Shown: positions 11,628 through 22,676 of the stretch, piece after piece | Position numbering within the stretch: position 1 is the stretch's first letter | Layout of the letters: every line of letters starts with the position of its first letter | Source: Octopus sinensis | Lineage: Eukaryota | Direction: 5' to 3' | Assembly (NCBI RefSeq): GCF_006345805.1 | Contig: NW_021835181.1 | Span: 1 to 41,947, forward strand | DNA length: 41,947 nt | Position numbers and translations under genes: made by a program | Notes under the pieces: model-generated | The model's input: the letters and a program-made list of their open reading frames with translations, nothing else | The model's database searches: none | What the model was told of the DNA's origin: nothing

Positions 11628-12950
11628 GACATGCATATATACACATGCACATATATAAACATACATTTACATATATATATGTATATACATATACTTACAT
11701 ATATATATATACATACACATATATATACGCACATATACACACAAGCACACACATATATATACGCACATTTATATTAAGATTATAATAAGGATTTTGAATG
11801 ATTACAGCAAGTCTGCTAGAAATAGACCCCAAATGGTCTAAGGACCACTAATATTATTACTCCACTACGCAAGGTTGTAAGCGAGAAAAACAGAATGTTA
11901 TTTGACGGAGAAGAGTAAAAAAACAAATAAAGCTGAAGATATTGGTGTGTAAGGTTATACAGTAGGTGTGCTTTAGTATATATATTTTAGAGGTAATAAT
12001 CTAGCTTAGTATTATGTGAGAAGGATATGTAATGGCAGGAAGGTCGTAGTGGTATTCAATTTGTTGGGATGCATAGTGTCAGTTTAAATAAGAAAAGTTA
12101 CGAGTAGAAGGGTACACATAAGTGTATAAAAATTTACCCATAATCTAATAAGCAGAAGAATGTGTGAATATTTACTCATACGTGTGTAGAGGCATATTTG
12201 CACGTTGGTATATATAGATACATCAATTCTAGTAGACGTACTATAAAGATATACATATAAAAAACAGTACAAATATACTCATAATGTGCGAAGAGAGAAG
12301 GGGAACACACATGTAGATATAAATACACACATAATAAATTGTATATATATGTGCAAAAACCTACATATATACGCAGATACACACGTTCATATTAATATAC
12401 ATGTCAGTACCTACATATAAAAATCAAGCACATATCTATAGATATATGCATACAGATAACATATAATATCCATACCTAGATTTGTATACATGGGTGTAGA
12501 TATTGTAAGACACCAAGAAGTACTATATGTGCATACATGTGTGCATATGTCAGTAGTAAATGTATGTAATTATAAGGTATAATAACAAATAACACAAGCC
12601 AGTAATAGTTAGAATGGGTATGTTGAGAGGGGTGGGATGAAAGAAGTGCAAAAAGGAGTGTACATGGACACATTATGCAAATAAAATACAAAAAATTATA
12701 GGTATATTACAAACTAAGGAAAGATATAACATGTGGAGATAAAAGTGTACTGAGAGATAAATAAATTGATAGCCCTATATATGGTGGGTCATGCAATTAT
12801 GAGAAGGAAATGTTAAAGAAAAAATGTACAAAGATACTATAAGATATAGTAATGTAAAGGGGATCTGATGAGTAATTATATTCCATAGAAAAGGGTAATA
12901 TATAGATATATTTTTAAAAAATATCAAATAAGCAAAAGGTGAGAAAAGAA

Positions 12951-13720
12951 TTATTTTAGATTGATGAGTAGGAATTTAGTCATGTGTTTACATGAGGAAA
13001 CTCTTTTATCCCAAGTAGTATTAATCAAATTTCCATTCATTCTCATTATGTTATAGCTTTCCTCTAAACATAACCTACTGTAAGAGGGGGAAGAAGATAA
13101 GATTTTCCAAGAGATGGAGAAAATGTTGTTTCTTTTGAGGTGCCAGTTTTTTTTTTTAGATAGTCCTGTACTATTCTCTTTTCGATCGTCCCTAAAAGTA
13201 GATTTGCGGTTATAAATTCTCGATTTAATTGAGCTTTTTGTGCAACCCAAGTATGCGTATCTAGAGGAGTCCTGAGTAATAAGTAATAAGTATACACCTT
13301 TCATTTTACAATTTCTATCTACATCACAGGCATTTGGGTCTCGACAGTTACAATTTGAATTAGTGGGTTCACTAATATTATCTACGTTATTCGTTCCAAG
13401 ATAATGTTTGATGTGATTAGTATTGGTGCTGTCGTTTTTATCGTGCTTAATTTCATATTTATATCCTGCCGTAAGTGCTGGGTTATAGTAGTCCTCATTT
13501 TTGTTAAATAGTTCCTCGTTAGATGGAAGTAGATTTATTCTTCTCTCTATGTCAGCAGTCAGGTTTTCTATAATGTTATTTAGATGGTTACTGTGCACGT
13601 TTATGTATGTTATATTGGTGTTAGGTTTATGGGTAGAAGTATTAAGATTGAATTGTTATCGTTTCGAATGGTAATAGATAGCTTTTGGGTTTTTAGGTAT
13701 ATAGAGCGTCGTCCCGGTAT
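12951..13720 (-). mobile_element. Penelope-like retroelement remnant: RT thumb, Cys linker and GIY-YIG endonuclease
   Basis: KPNTNITYINVHSNHLNNII (thumb), CNCRDPNACDVDRNC linker, VY...YLGCT...KSRIYN (GIY-YIG), LCLEE and terminal CKH...KFLL. The pattern resembles Naiad-type PLEs. Confidence 0.85.
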
Positions 13721-14504
13721 AGTCCACCTTCTAATTCAGGGACTTCTTTAAATTGGTGTAGTAGGTAAATCCCGACTAAGTGGATTACGCCTATCCTTCC
13801 TGTAGTTCTCAAGGAGGTTCAGCATGTAATAAGAGTGGCCCTTTAAATTACAGATAAGACTAATTTTTACCAGTTGACTGGACTGGGATAACGTGAGATA
13901 AAGTGTCTTGCTCAAGGACAGAATGTATCGCGGAGAATCAAACTCAAGATGTTACGATCTGAGGCCAAAACCCTAAAACAGAACAGCAAACTAAGCATGG
14001 AAACTACTCTGTGTGAAAAGAATTAGATGCAGAAAAAGAAAAGAGCAAAAGAGGAAAATGTGAAAAGAAAGATATTCGAAATAGAATTCTAAAATATACA
14101 AATGGAAATAGTCTTGGAAGGTGTTGCATAGGAACCATTCTTTGACCAATGGCCTGGAAGCCTTAGACAGAACGGAAGGAAGTCAAAATGAACAGTGAAT
14201 ATGGTGCAGCAGCTCAGAGCTAAATATAACATTGGAGCATCTGATTTTAGTGACAAAGGATCAAAGTTGAAATATAATTTCACAAGGAGCGATGATCACC
14301 TGTAGGTATATATCTAATCAATATAATGAATCGATCGACCACTTAATCTGTGGCTGTCCATTCTTTGCCAAGATTAAGTACAGTCGTAGAGATGGCAGAC
14401 ACGTGTCCAGTGGGAAATATCTTGTGTCTTCATTAACTTGTTTCAGTCATTAAACTGCGGCCATACTGGAGCACCGCCTTGATGGGTTTAGTCTAATAAA
14501 ACCA

Positions 14505-14745
14505 GGTGCGGTTGTGTGGCAAGAAGCCTGTTTCCTAACCGTATGGTTCCGGGTTCAGTTCCACTGTGAAGCACTTGGGCAAGTGCATTCTACTGTAGTC
14601 ACGGATTGATCAAAGCCTTGTAACTGGATTTTGTAGACGGAGATTACAAGAAGCCCGTCGTATATATGTATGTATGTGTGCGTGCGCGAATCTTTGTGTC
14701 TATGTTTGTCCTCCACCATCGCTTGAGAATTGGTGTTGGTGTGTT
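14505..14745 (+). mobile_element. SINE family A, 3'-truncated; a minus-strand family A tail fragment lies at about 14430-14490
   Basis: ggttgtgtggcaagaagc...ggttccgggttcagttcc...cttgggcaagtg...gaagcccgtcgtata...tggtgttggtgtgtt. Confidence 0.8.
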
Positions 14746-14851
14746 GGGACAAAAATCCCTCTCAAGACAAAAGCAAATGGCAGAATAAGAAACTATCAGC
14801 GAAATATTTTCTTCTCGAATGTTCTTAGGTTTTCGAAAGAAAATTGAAACT
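14746..14851 (-). repeat. Diverged duplicate of 18517-18625 (candidate duplicated exon)
   Basis: 76/83 identity between 14746-14828 and 18517-18599 by manual alignment. Weaker homology, with one 3-nt indel, continues to the minus-strand AG. Confidence 0.85.
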
Positions 14852-15670
14852 AATTCGGAATGTGTTCCATAAAGCTCCTCTTTGGCTTCGTACTCATGCC
14901 ATGAGGTATTCTGTGCCACCGTGAGATGCCAGTCCTGATTAAACAGAGAACTATGATCAAAGATATGACCATTCCGCCTTTTATTCAGATACAGCGTGAC
15001 TAGGGCTACATTGTCAAACGCAGTCGGTATTTTTAAAGAGACTGAGGTGGTTTGGTCACTATTTTTAGCTAATACAGAGCGTGTGTAGAGAGCTGCCAAA
15101 GTTGAGTCGATTCTTGAAAAGTAAAAGACGGATGTGAATTCGTTGGAGCTACAATTAGAGTATGTAAGAAGCAGGCTGTTGCTGTTGTTTCTAGCTGTGA
15201 ATCGGCCGCGCACGATTCTGGTCAAAACCCTGAATGATAAGAGACACACAGTAGTTCTCAACCGCGGTCCATAATGGCCTCTGAGATTCAAGATTTTAGT
15301 GTTAAAATTTATCTTTTACTTGTTTCAGTCATCTGACTGCGGCTATGCTGGAGCACCGCCTTGATGGGATTTTAGTTGAACAAATTGACTCCAGGAATAT
15401 TTTTATTTTTTGATAGGGTGTTCAGTAGAGCTGTTACAAAAGGTTTGTCTCTTTGGCACCACCAGAATAATCGGGAAAGTATTTGATAGTTGAGAGAAAC
15501 GGATAGCATGGTACAGTCTGTAGACTGCTGGCAGCAAGCCCGCCACGCATACAAGAATACATGAGTTCCAACAAAACTTAAGTCTTGCCTAATTTTGAAT
15601 TAAAAATGTAACTTTCATAAATTTTGATTAAAAAGAAGCATCACTCACAAAATTTCGAAGCGTCACTCAC

Positions 15671-15722
15671 GAATTTTACATAAAGATTGTAAAAAATATT
15701 CTGAATAAAAGCCATCACTCAC
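15671..15722 (-). CDS. Candidate 52-nt exon / recursive-splicing exon (VSDGFYSEYFLQSLCKI)
   Basis: Strong acceptor ttttaatttcttctcatttcag| immediately followed by GTGAGT. Second donor ATTC|gtgagt at 15671/15670. Open in phase 0. Confidence 0.4.
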
Positions 15723-15844
15723 CTGAAATGAGAAGAAATTAAAACGAAATTAAGGATATAGGAAAGTACGGATTGAAAATACATACACCATACATACATA
15801 CACATATATATAAATAAATAAATAAATGAATATATATATATATA

Positions 15845-16958
15845 ATCAAAATAAGCAACAAGAATGACTCAGGTAATTTGGTACGATCGTTTCGTACTGC
15901 ATCATTTTATTAAATGTTGTAAGTATTACAACAGTTTTAAAATGCTGAGCACTTATCAGCCAATTATAGAGGTTTTCCATTAATACAAAAATTTTCATAT
16001 CAAATGGCAACATTATAGAGAAGGTAGATATACAGACAAATATGTGGATTTAAATTTTAAGAACATTTGAGGTAGTGGAGCCCATCAACTGACTGACTAA
16101 GATTCGGTTGATCCAGACTACTGTAAGGTCCTGAGAGGGAAGAACAAATGAAAAGAGACAATAAAGATTTTCTAATTATAGAAATGGGGTAAAGGGGATG
16201 TCAGAGCTCCATATAAGGAATTTATGTAGAAGACAGCATTGTCACAACTAAATGCCAATTACTACAATTTGATGAACAGATTCAGCGTTAGGAGAAACTA
16301 GGTCAAAGTCAAATGGTCACAATAACATTCACAGAGAATGCAGAGAACTTACAAACCCTATGCACATCATCACAACAGTTGGTCTATAAGTTCCAAGTAC
16401 TTTGACACGTTAGAATAAAGGAAAAAATATAAATCTGAAATTTATTCAAATTTGGAGAAAGAGACTAGGTTAATTATATATTAAGAAATGGGAGTGAGAT
16501 TAATCAAGATTAACCAAAAAGTTTCCCTAGGGACATAGGATTAATACTACTTAGTATTGGAGAACATTATAAAAAAGAAGAATTTAATTCTAAGTTTATA
16601 ATGAAGTTATTTTAATCATTTATGGGTGTTAAACTAAAACCAGTATGGTATATTCGTTCCTATTTGGTTAAATATATTTTGTAAAGATATCTTAGACTAA
16701 TTATATATTAAGAAATGGAAGTGAGGTAATCAAGGTGAACTGAATAGTTTCTTTAGGGACATAGGATTCATACTATTTAGTATTCCTACTACTTGGGATT
16801 CATACTATTTAGGGTTCCAACTATTTAGATTCATACAGTTTAATTTTAGAAAAAAGAAGAATTCAATTTTAAGTTTGCAGTGAAGTTATTTTAGTCATCT
16901 ATAAATGTTAAATTAAAAGCTAGTATGGTTTATTCCTTCTTATTTGGTTATAAAGAAT
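15845..16958 (-). mobile_element. Probable Penelope-associated terminal/non-coding remnant containing a ~230 bp tandem duplication
   Basis: Abuts (TA)n and ends in the hammerhead motif. 16461-16690 is repeated in diverged form at 16691-16958. Confidence 0.4.
15874..15966 (-). ncRNA. Type I hammerhead ribozyme-like motif (Penelope-type) with a G8A core change
   Basis: UAAUUGG-CUGAUAA-[long stem II]-GAAA-CGAUCG-UA^CCAAAUUA. Stems I, II and III all pair by manual folding. Confidence 0.7.
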
Positions 16959-16969
16959 TAAAATTTGAA

Positions 16970-17016
16970 AGGCCTTGTGAGTGGATTTGGTAGACGGAAA
17001 CTGAAAGAAGCCTGTC

Positions 17017-17094
<78 letters not shown>

Positions 17095-17282
17095 GTGTGT
17101 GTATATGTTTGTGCATCTGTGCTTGACACCCCCGTAAACACACCTGCATCGCTTGAGACCGATAGAATAAGTACTAGTCTTCCAAAGAATAAGTCCTAGG
17201 GGCGATTTGCTCGACCTAAAGGTGGTGCTCCAGCATGGCCGCAGTCAAATGACTGAAACAAGTAGAAGTAAAAGAGAAAAAG
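16970..17282 (+). mobile_element. SINE family A, 5'-truncated
   Basis: ccttgtgagtggatttggtagacggaaactgaaagaagcc...gagaccgatagaataagtac...gctccagcatggccgcagtcaaatgactgaaac. Confidence 0.9.
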
Positions 17283-17318
17283 AGATATGATTTTAAAATC
17301 TTTTTCTCCTTTTCTTGT

Positions 17319-17638
17319 TTCATTCATTAGACTGCGGCCATACTGGGGCAAGTTTAGTAGGATGAATCGACTTCAGAACTTGCTTTGTTTTAAACCAGGT
17401 ACTTTATTCTATCAGTCTCTTGCTAAGTTTCGGGGATGTAAACACACGGACACCGGTTGTCAAACGGTGGGGCACACACACATACAACACGCTTCTTTCA
17501 ATTTCCGTCAACCAAATCCATTCACAAGGTTATGGTTGACCCGAAGCTATAGTGGAAGACAATTACCCAAGGTACCACGCAGTGGGACTGAACCCGTTGG
17601 GAGGCAAGTTTCTTACCACACAGCCACGCATGCGCCTA
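17319..17638 (-). mobile_element. SINE family A, near full length
   Basis: Reverse complement of the family A sequence from tail (gactgcggccatactgg) to head (cttaccacacagccacgcatgcgcc). Confidence 0.85.
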
Positions 17639-17744
17639 TGTGCAATAAATTGGTTATACATCTCCAGTACACAAAATATTTTAATCATTTTTGTCTCTGC
17701 GATTCCTAATATCGAATGTTATGTACATAATAGGATTTTTTGAA

Positions 17745-18000
17745 CATCGAATGGCTAAAAGGGTGCACCCGAGGAAAATTTGAATCAAAGAGGTAAAAAA
17801 TTGGTGAGAAACCCTGCAGTAAAGGAAACGTTATCAAGTACAGACAGACGCCGCCAACGCCCTCTGTCCATCCGGTTCTGGAAGTAAACGTAGACAACAA
17901 AAACACATGATCATCAACCAAGCAGACGATCAGATAAAATGGAAGAAAGAAAAAATTGCGAGATGATAAAAGCGCAACTGAATAATGTTTCAGATAGGAG
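17745..18000 (+). mobile_element. Helitron/HINE-like remnant
   Basis: ggctaaaagggtgcacccgagg...acagacagacg internal motifs similar to 28210-28385. Degenerate. Confidence 0.3.
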
Positions 18001-18089
18001 ACATGACGAAAAAGAAATGTCGTACGTGTATGTGAATATATATCTCTATGTACACAAAGAAAGGTAGTATTATATATGCATGCGTATGT

Positions 18090-18140
<51 letters not shown>

Positions 18141-18564
18141 TGTAATCACACACATACATATATACTTACAGAAACGTGCGCATACATACACGTATACATA
18201 CTTATGTGTATATACATTTATGTATGTGTGCAAGTATATATGTGTTTGTGTATGCACAACATATATATACACACACATATAAGCATAGAATTAGATACAT
18301 ATATATACATATATATGCATGCATACAAACACGCGCACACACACACACCACACACGCACACACATGCACGCAAGCCGACAGGTAAATATACTGAAAACAA
18401 AACTAAATAAAAAAAAATTGCAGACACACAGACATAGTTTAAGGTAGAAAAAACGAGATAGAGAGAAATAGAGAGGGGGAGAAAGCGATGGAAAAAGAGG
18501 GAAGGGTGAAGGGGGTGGGGCAAAAATCCCCGCAGAGACAAAAGCAAATGGCAGAATAAGAAAC

Positions 18565-18623
18565 TTTCAGCGAAATATTTTCTTCTCGAATGTTCTTAGA
18601 AAGTTCTGGAAAGAAAAGCGAGA
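18565..18623 (-). CDS. Candidate exon ((F)SLFFPELSKNIREENISLK); may extend to the stop at 18439
   Basis: Strong acceptor gtcgtctgcattcttacag|TC, phase 1 matching the 19248 donor. The donor (AAA|gtttct) is weak. Confidence 0.45.
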
Positions 18624-18903
18624 CTGTAAGAATGCAGACGACACGAGGAGTGAGTGATGAGGTGTTTGGTAGATTTAGTGAGTTGAATGGCGAAGTTAAT
18701 GGCAAGGATTTGCGTCGGGGTTAACGAGGACTAAGCAGAGCGGTGGCTTTTGATGTCGTTGGTGTGGTGGTGGACGTGGCGGGGATAATGGTCATGGCGG
18801 TGGTGCTGGGATGGTTGGTGAGTGGTAATGATAGTGAACAGAGTAGGAAAAAACAAAATAGTTCCTACAGTTTATTATGGAGTTAAGAAAATGTATAGGT
18901 ACA

Positions 18904-18941
<38 letters not shown>

Positions 18942-19247
18942 CAATAAGGTTACTACGTGTATGTGTGTGTGTTGAAAAATATGCTAGCTAGGAAACACAC
19001 AGACACACACACACGTATATATAACAGCTATTTATGGTGGAAAAACGTATAATTATAATAGTTAATAACAGTAATAAAATATACAAAAGTACTTTTGTGT
19101 GTGAAGAGTGTGTGTCAGTGTGTAAATAATGTATAGTTATGCCCGTGTGTGTATATTATACACACAGACACACACTCTAGTACAATGACACACAATAAAG
19201 AATAGAGAATTTATGAAAAGGCAATGAATATATACGGAAAAACTTAC

Positions 19248-19287
19248 ACAAAGCAATGGCAGAATTTAGCGAAGTCACTAAGTACTC

Positions 19288-19290
<3 letters not shown>
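19248..19290 (-). CDS. Candidate 43-nt exon (VEYLVTSLNSAIAL)
   Basis: Strong donor TGT|gtaagt. Acceptor cacag| lies behind a (CA)n tract. Phase 0 to 1 fits both neighbours. Confidence 0.5.
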
Positions 19291-19324
<34 letters not shown>

Positions 19325-19596
19325 TATCATCATCGTCGTCGTCATTTAAATTTTTTATGTATGCCTGCAGAGGGCAGACAGATTCAGTTCAGGCAGATTT
19401 TCTTCGGCCAGATGCCCCTCATGTCGTCAACAATCAGCTGTTTCCGAGAAGGTTAATGGTTGCTCTTGGCCTGTGATATGTTTTTCAAAGTGGATTTGTA
19501 AGCAAATGACATCAGTTCTTTGCACATAAAGCTTGTTTATATGATGCCAACACACATATACACTGTCTGTCTGTCTGTCTGTCTATCTATACTATC

Positions 19597-19645
<49 letters not shown>

Positions 19646-19689
19646 CATCTATCAATTTATCTCTCTCTCTCTCTCTATATATCTGTCTG

Positions 19690-20310
19690 TCTGTCTGAAG
19701 GAAGCCCGCCTTATATGTGTGTATACGTGTGTGTGACCAACCACCGCTTGACAACTGGTGATGGTTTGTTTATGTCACCGTAACATAGCGAGATCAAAAA
19801 TCAGGCCAATAGAAAAAGCACCAGAATTTCAAGAGGTTCTGGCAGTCAATTTGTTGAACGAAGCCTTTCGGATCACAGCCCAAGCATGGGCACGGTCCAA
19901 TGTCTAGAAAAAGTAAAAGATAAACGACATATATATAGTTTCGTCCATTCACAAGACTTCGGCGCGGGGCCATAATAGAAGACTCAGTGGCTAGTGCGCG
20001 CGCGTAAGCCTGGTACTTGTTTTATCGATATGTGTTTGTCGAACCGCTAGATAACGCGTCATCAGCTTGGTGAAGTGATTTTTCAGCGCAATAGAGGAAA
20101 GCTGTCCCCCACACTCACATATGTTACGGGAACGGGAACACACCAGCACCGGTTGTCAAGCGGTGGTGGTGACAAACAAACATAAAGACACACACACGCA
20201 TATACAATGGGCTTCTTTCAGTTTCCGTGTACCAAATTCACTCACACGGTTTTGATTGGCTTGAGACTGTAGTAGATGACATTGGCCCAAAGTGCCACGC
20301 AGTGGGACTC
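19690..20310. mobile_element. Cluster of degenerate SINE family A fragments (plus at about 19690-19925, minus at about 19950-20310)
   Basis: gaagcccgcc...gtcaccgtaacatagcg on plus; gaaccgctag...ggttgtcaagcgg...ccacgcagtgggact on minus. Confidence 0.65.
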
Positions 20311-20380
20311 TCAGATTTGAAACAACGTTTGGCTTTTAAGTCTGTGGACATATTATGTGACTTGTTTGTTTACGACAACA

Positions 20381-20418
<38 letters not shown>

Positions 20419-20683
20419 GTAAGTAAAGGGGAAGAGAAGGAGGACTGAAAAAATAGATAAATTGTTTGTCTGAGGCATTTACCAGAAGTGAGTATTTTCG
20501 GGGTAATTCCCTCGATACTCATTTCATGGTTTAACGAAGTTCTATGTCACACACACACATACACGTGTGTGTGTGTGTGTGTGTGTGTACTGTGAGACAG
20601 AATGATGCAGAAAGATTTGTTTCTATAGACTAATATTTACAGGAATGTTTCTGCAATTGGTGGTGGTGTTGGTGGTGGTGGTG

Positions 20684-20729
<46 letters not shown>

Positions 20730-20869
20730 GCGAAAATTGCTGACGAGGTTACGGCTAAAAGACAAGTTATTAATAACATTGGTCACAACTTGGGACGAGT
20801 GTATATTTTATGTGTATCATATCTATTACGCAGAGCTTGTGTGATTGCGTGTGTAAGTATGTATGTATG

Positions 20870-20942
<73 letters not shown>

Positions 20943-21314
20943 GCACACACACACACACACACACACAAACAAACATATATATAGAGGACAGAAATTATAT
21001 GTATATATGTGCATACTCTTAGATTGCATATAAGTACCCTTATAAGTATCTATACTCATACCTACATGTATATGTATATAAAATATTCCCATCACCCACA
21101 TGAAAATAAATACAAATATACAAACACACACAAGACTGTATGTGTATACATATATACAGACACAGACACACGCACGTACAAGACAGTATGTGTATACATA
21201 TATATACACACAGATATGTATAAACATATACATACACGTACACACATATACAAACAAACATACACATATGCGTATGTGTGTGCGTGTTTATACACACACA
21301 CACACAACACACAC

Positions 21315-21357
<43 letters not shown>

Positions 21358-21443
21358 GCACACAAGACAGTATGTGTAAACATATACATACACGTACACA
21401 TATATAAGCAAACCTACAAATATGAGTATGTGTGTGCGTGTTT

Positions 21444-21486
<43 letters not shown>

Positions 21487-21489
21487 CAG

Positions 21490-21525
<36 letters not shown>

Positions 21526-21704
21526 GTGCGGTTTAGACGGAACGGATGGCTGCCATATTTCTGTCCGTTGAGACTTCCCCTCTGGGGATTTCTGTCTGCT
21601 AGATTGATGCATGAGAAATGGAGAAAACAAATCTAGATACACACACACACACACACTGATATACGTACTCTAATATATGAGTTATGGTTATGCATACAAA
21701 TATA

Positions 21705-21735
<31 letters not shown>

Positions 21736-21774
21736 AAGAAAGAAAGAGAGAGGGAGAGATTGATATACGCATAA

Positions 21775-21910
21775 CAACAGGCGTAGCTGTGTGGTAAGAA
21801 GCTTGCTTCCCAACCACATGGTTCCAGGTTTGATCCTACTGCATGGCACCTTGGACAAGTGTCTTCTCCTATAGCCTTCCACTGACCAAAGCCTTGCGAG
21901 TGGATTTTCA
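21775..21910 (+). mobile_element. SINE family A head
   Basis: gtagctgtgtggtaagaagcttgcttcccaaccacatggttccaggtttgatcc...ccttggacaagtgtcttc. Confidence 0.85.
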
Positions 21911-21974
21911 CGACGATATCTTGCAGGGATCGATCCCGCCATATACGACGGACTACAATATCAGTGACTCAAAC

Positions 21975-22260
21975 ATTGAAAGTAAACAGTGTTCAGCGTG
22001 AGAAATTACATCAGTATACTAAGTTTCAAACTGTTTAGTTAAAAAAAAAAAATTTTTTAATCTGTAAGCTAAACTGACCCAAATTACTATACCAGGTGTA
22101 TTATGTTTGCATTTTATTGAGGTTTTCCCAGGGACATTCCACCAGTACTCCTTATTATGAGTGGATACGGCCTCTGACATACTGTGGGTTCTTATTTCTT
22201 CCGCCTCAGGGTTATCCTTTCGACAGATACAACATCTTGTATACAACATAATGTCTCTTC
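21975..22260 (-). mobile_element. Decayed RLE-type non-LTR retrotransposon fragment
   Basis: CCICRK...EYWWNVPGKTSIKCKHNTPGIVIW resembles the CCHC/RLE region (WWN..KT..K..HN.PDIVIW). Confidence 0.6.
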
Positions 22261-22587
22261 AGTGTTGCTGCCAGGATTTGAAAAATAGGGCATGTGATTT
22301 CGGGAGCATTTTTGAAAAACAAGGGGGAATTCGTGACGGTGATCAGTGAACAGATTTAACAGACTATCCAGCCGTGGCTAAAACGCGAACCGATCAAGTT
22401 TATGTATAAATTTTCTTTTTCTATGTTTGCTTCCTTTTACACAACGGATAAAAATTTTCTGAAGCAGCCCCCCCCCCTAATTCTATCTACGAGCCACCAC
22501 TGATGATATTTCTTTTTGGATTGCAAACGTATACCCGTCAGTGTTTTGTTGATTCATGTTATCATCTTGTATGTATAGCGGACTCAC

Positions 22588-22676
22588 CCGTCCTAAACAC
22601 CAGATGAGTTGCTCAAATGATTTCTTCATAGTAATCAAACGTTTGTGCTGCACGCTCTCCATCAAATCGACATTGC
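22588..22676 (-). CDS. Candidate 89-nt exon ((G)NVDLMESVQHKRLITMKKSFEQLIWCLGR)
   Basis: Acceptor cttgtacttgtgcacag|GC, strong donor CGG|gtgagt, single open frame, phase 1 to 0. Confidence 0.5.

Noticed and set aside
12855-12895. CTGATGAG...GAAA on the plus strand next to the Penelope ORF
   Set aside because: No stem II pairing, and it is on the wrong strand relative to the element.
13340-13375. Selenocysteine-encoding Naiad element
   Set aside because: The Cys linker positions are sense Cys codons in an open frame, and no in-frame TGA or SECIS is evident.
14195-14306. Short plus ORF MVQQLRAKYNIG...DDHL* and a minus acceptor-like cctacag
   Set aside because: Short, with stops in the phase-compatible frames and no recognisable motif.
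20030-20070. CUGAUGA on the minus strand at the SINE insert
   Set aside because: Not followed by a stem II-GAAA arrangement.
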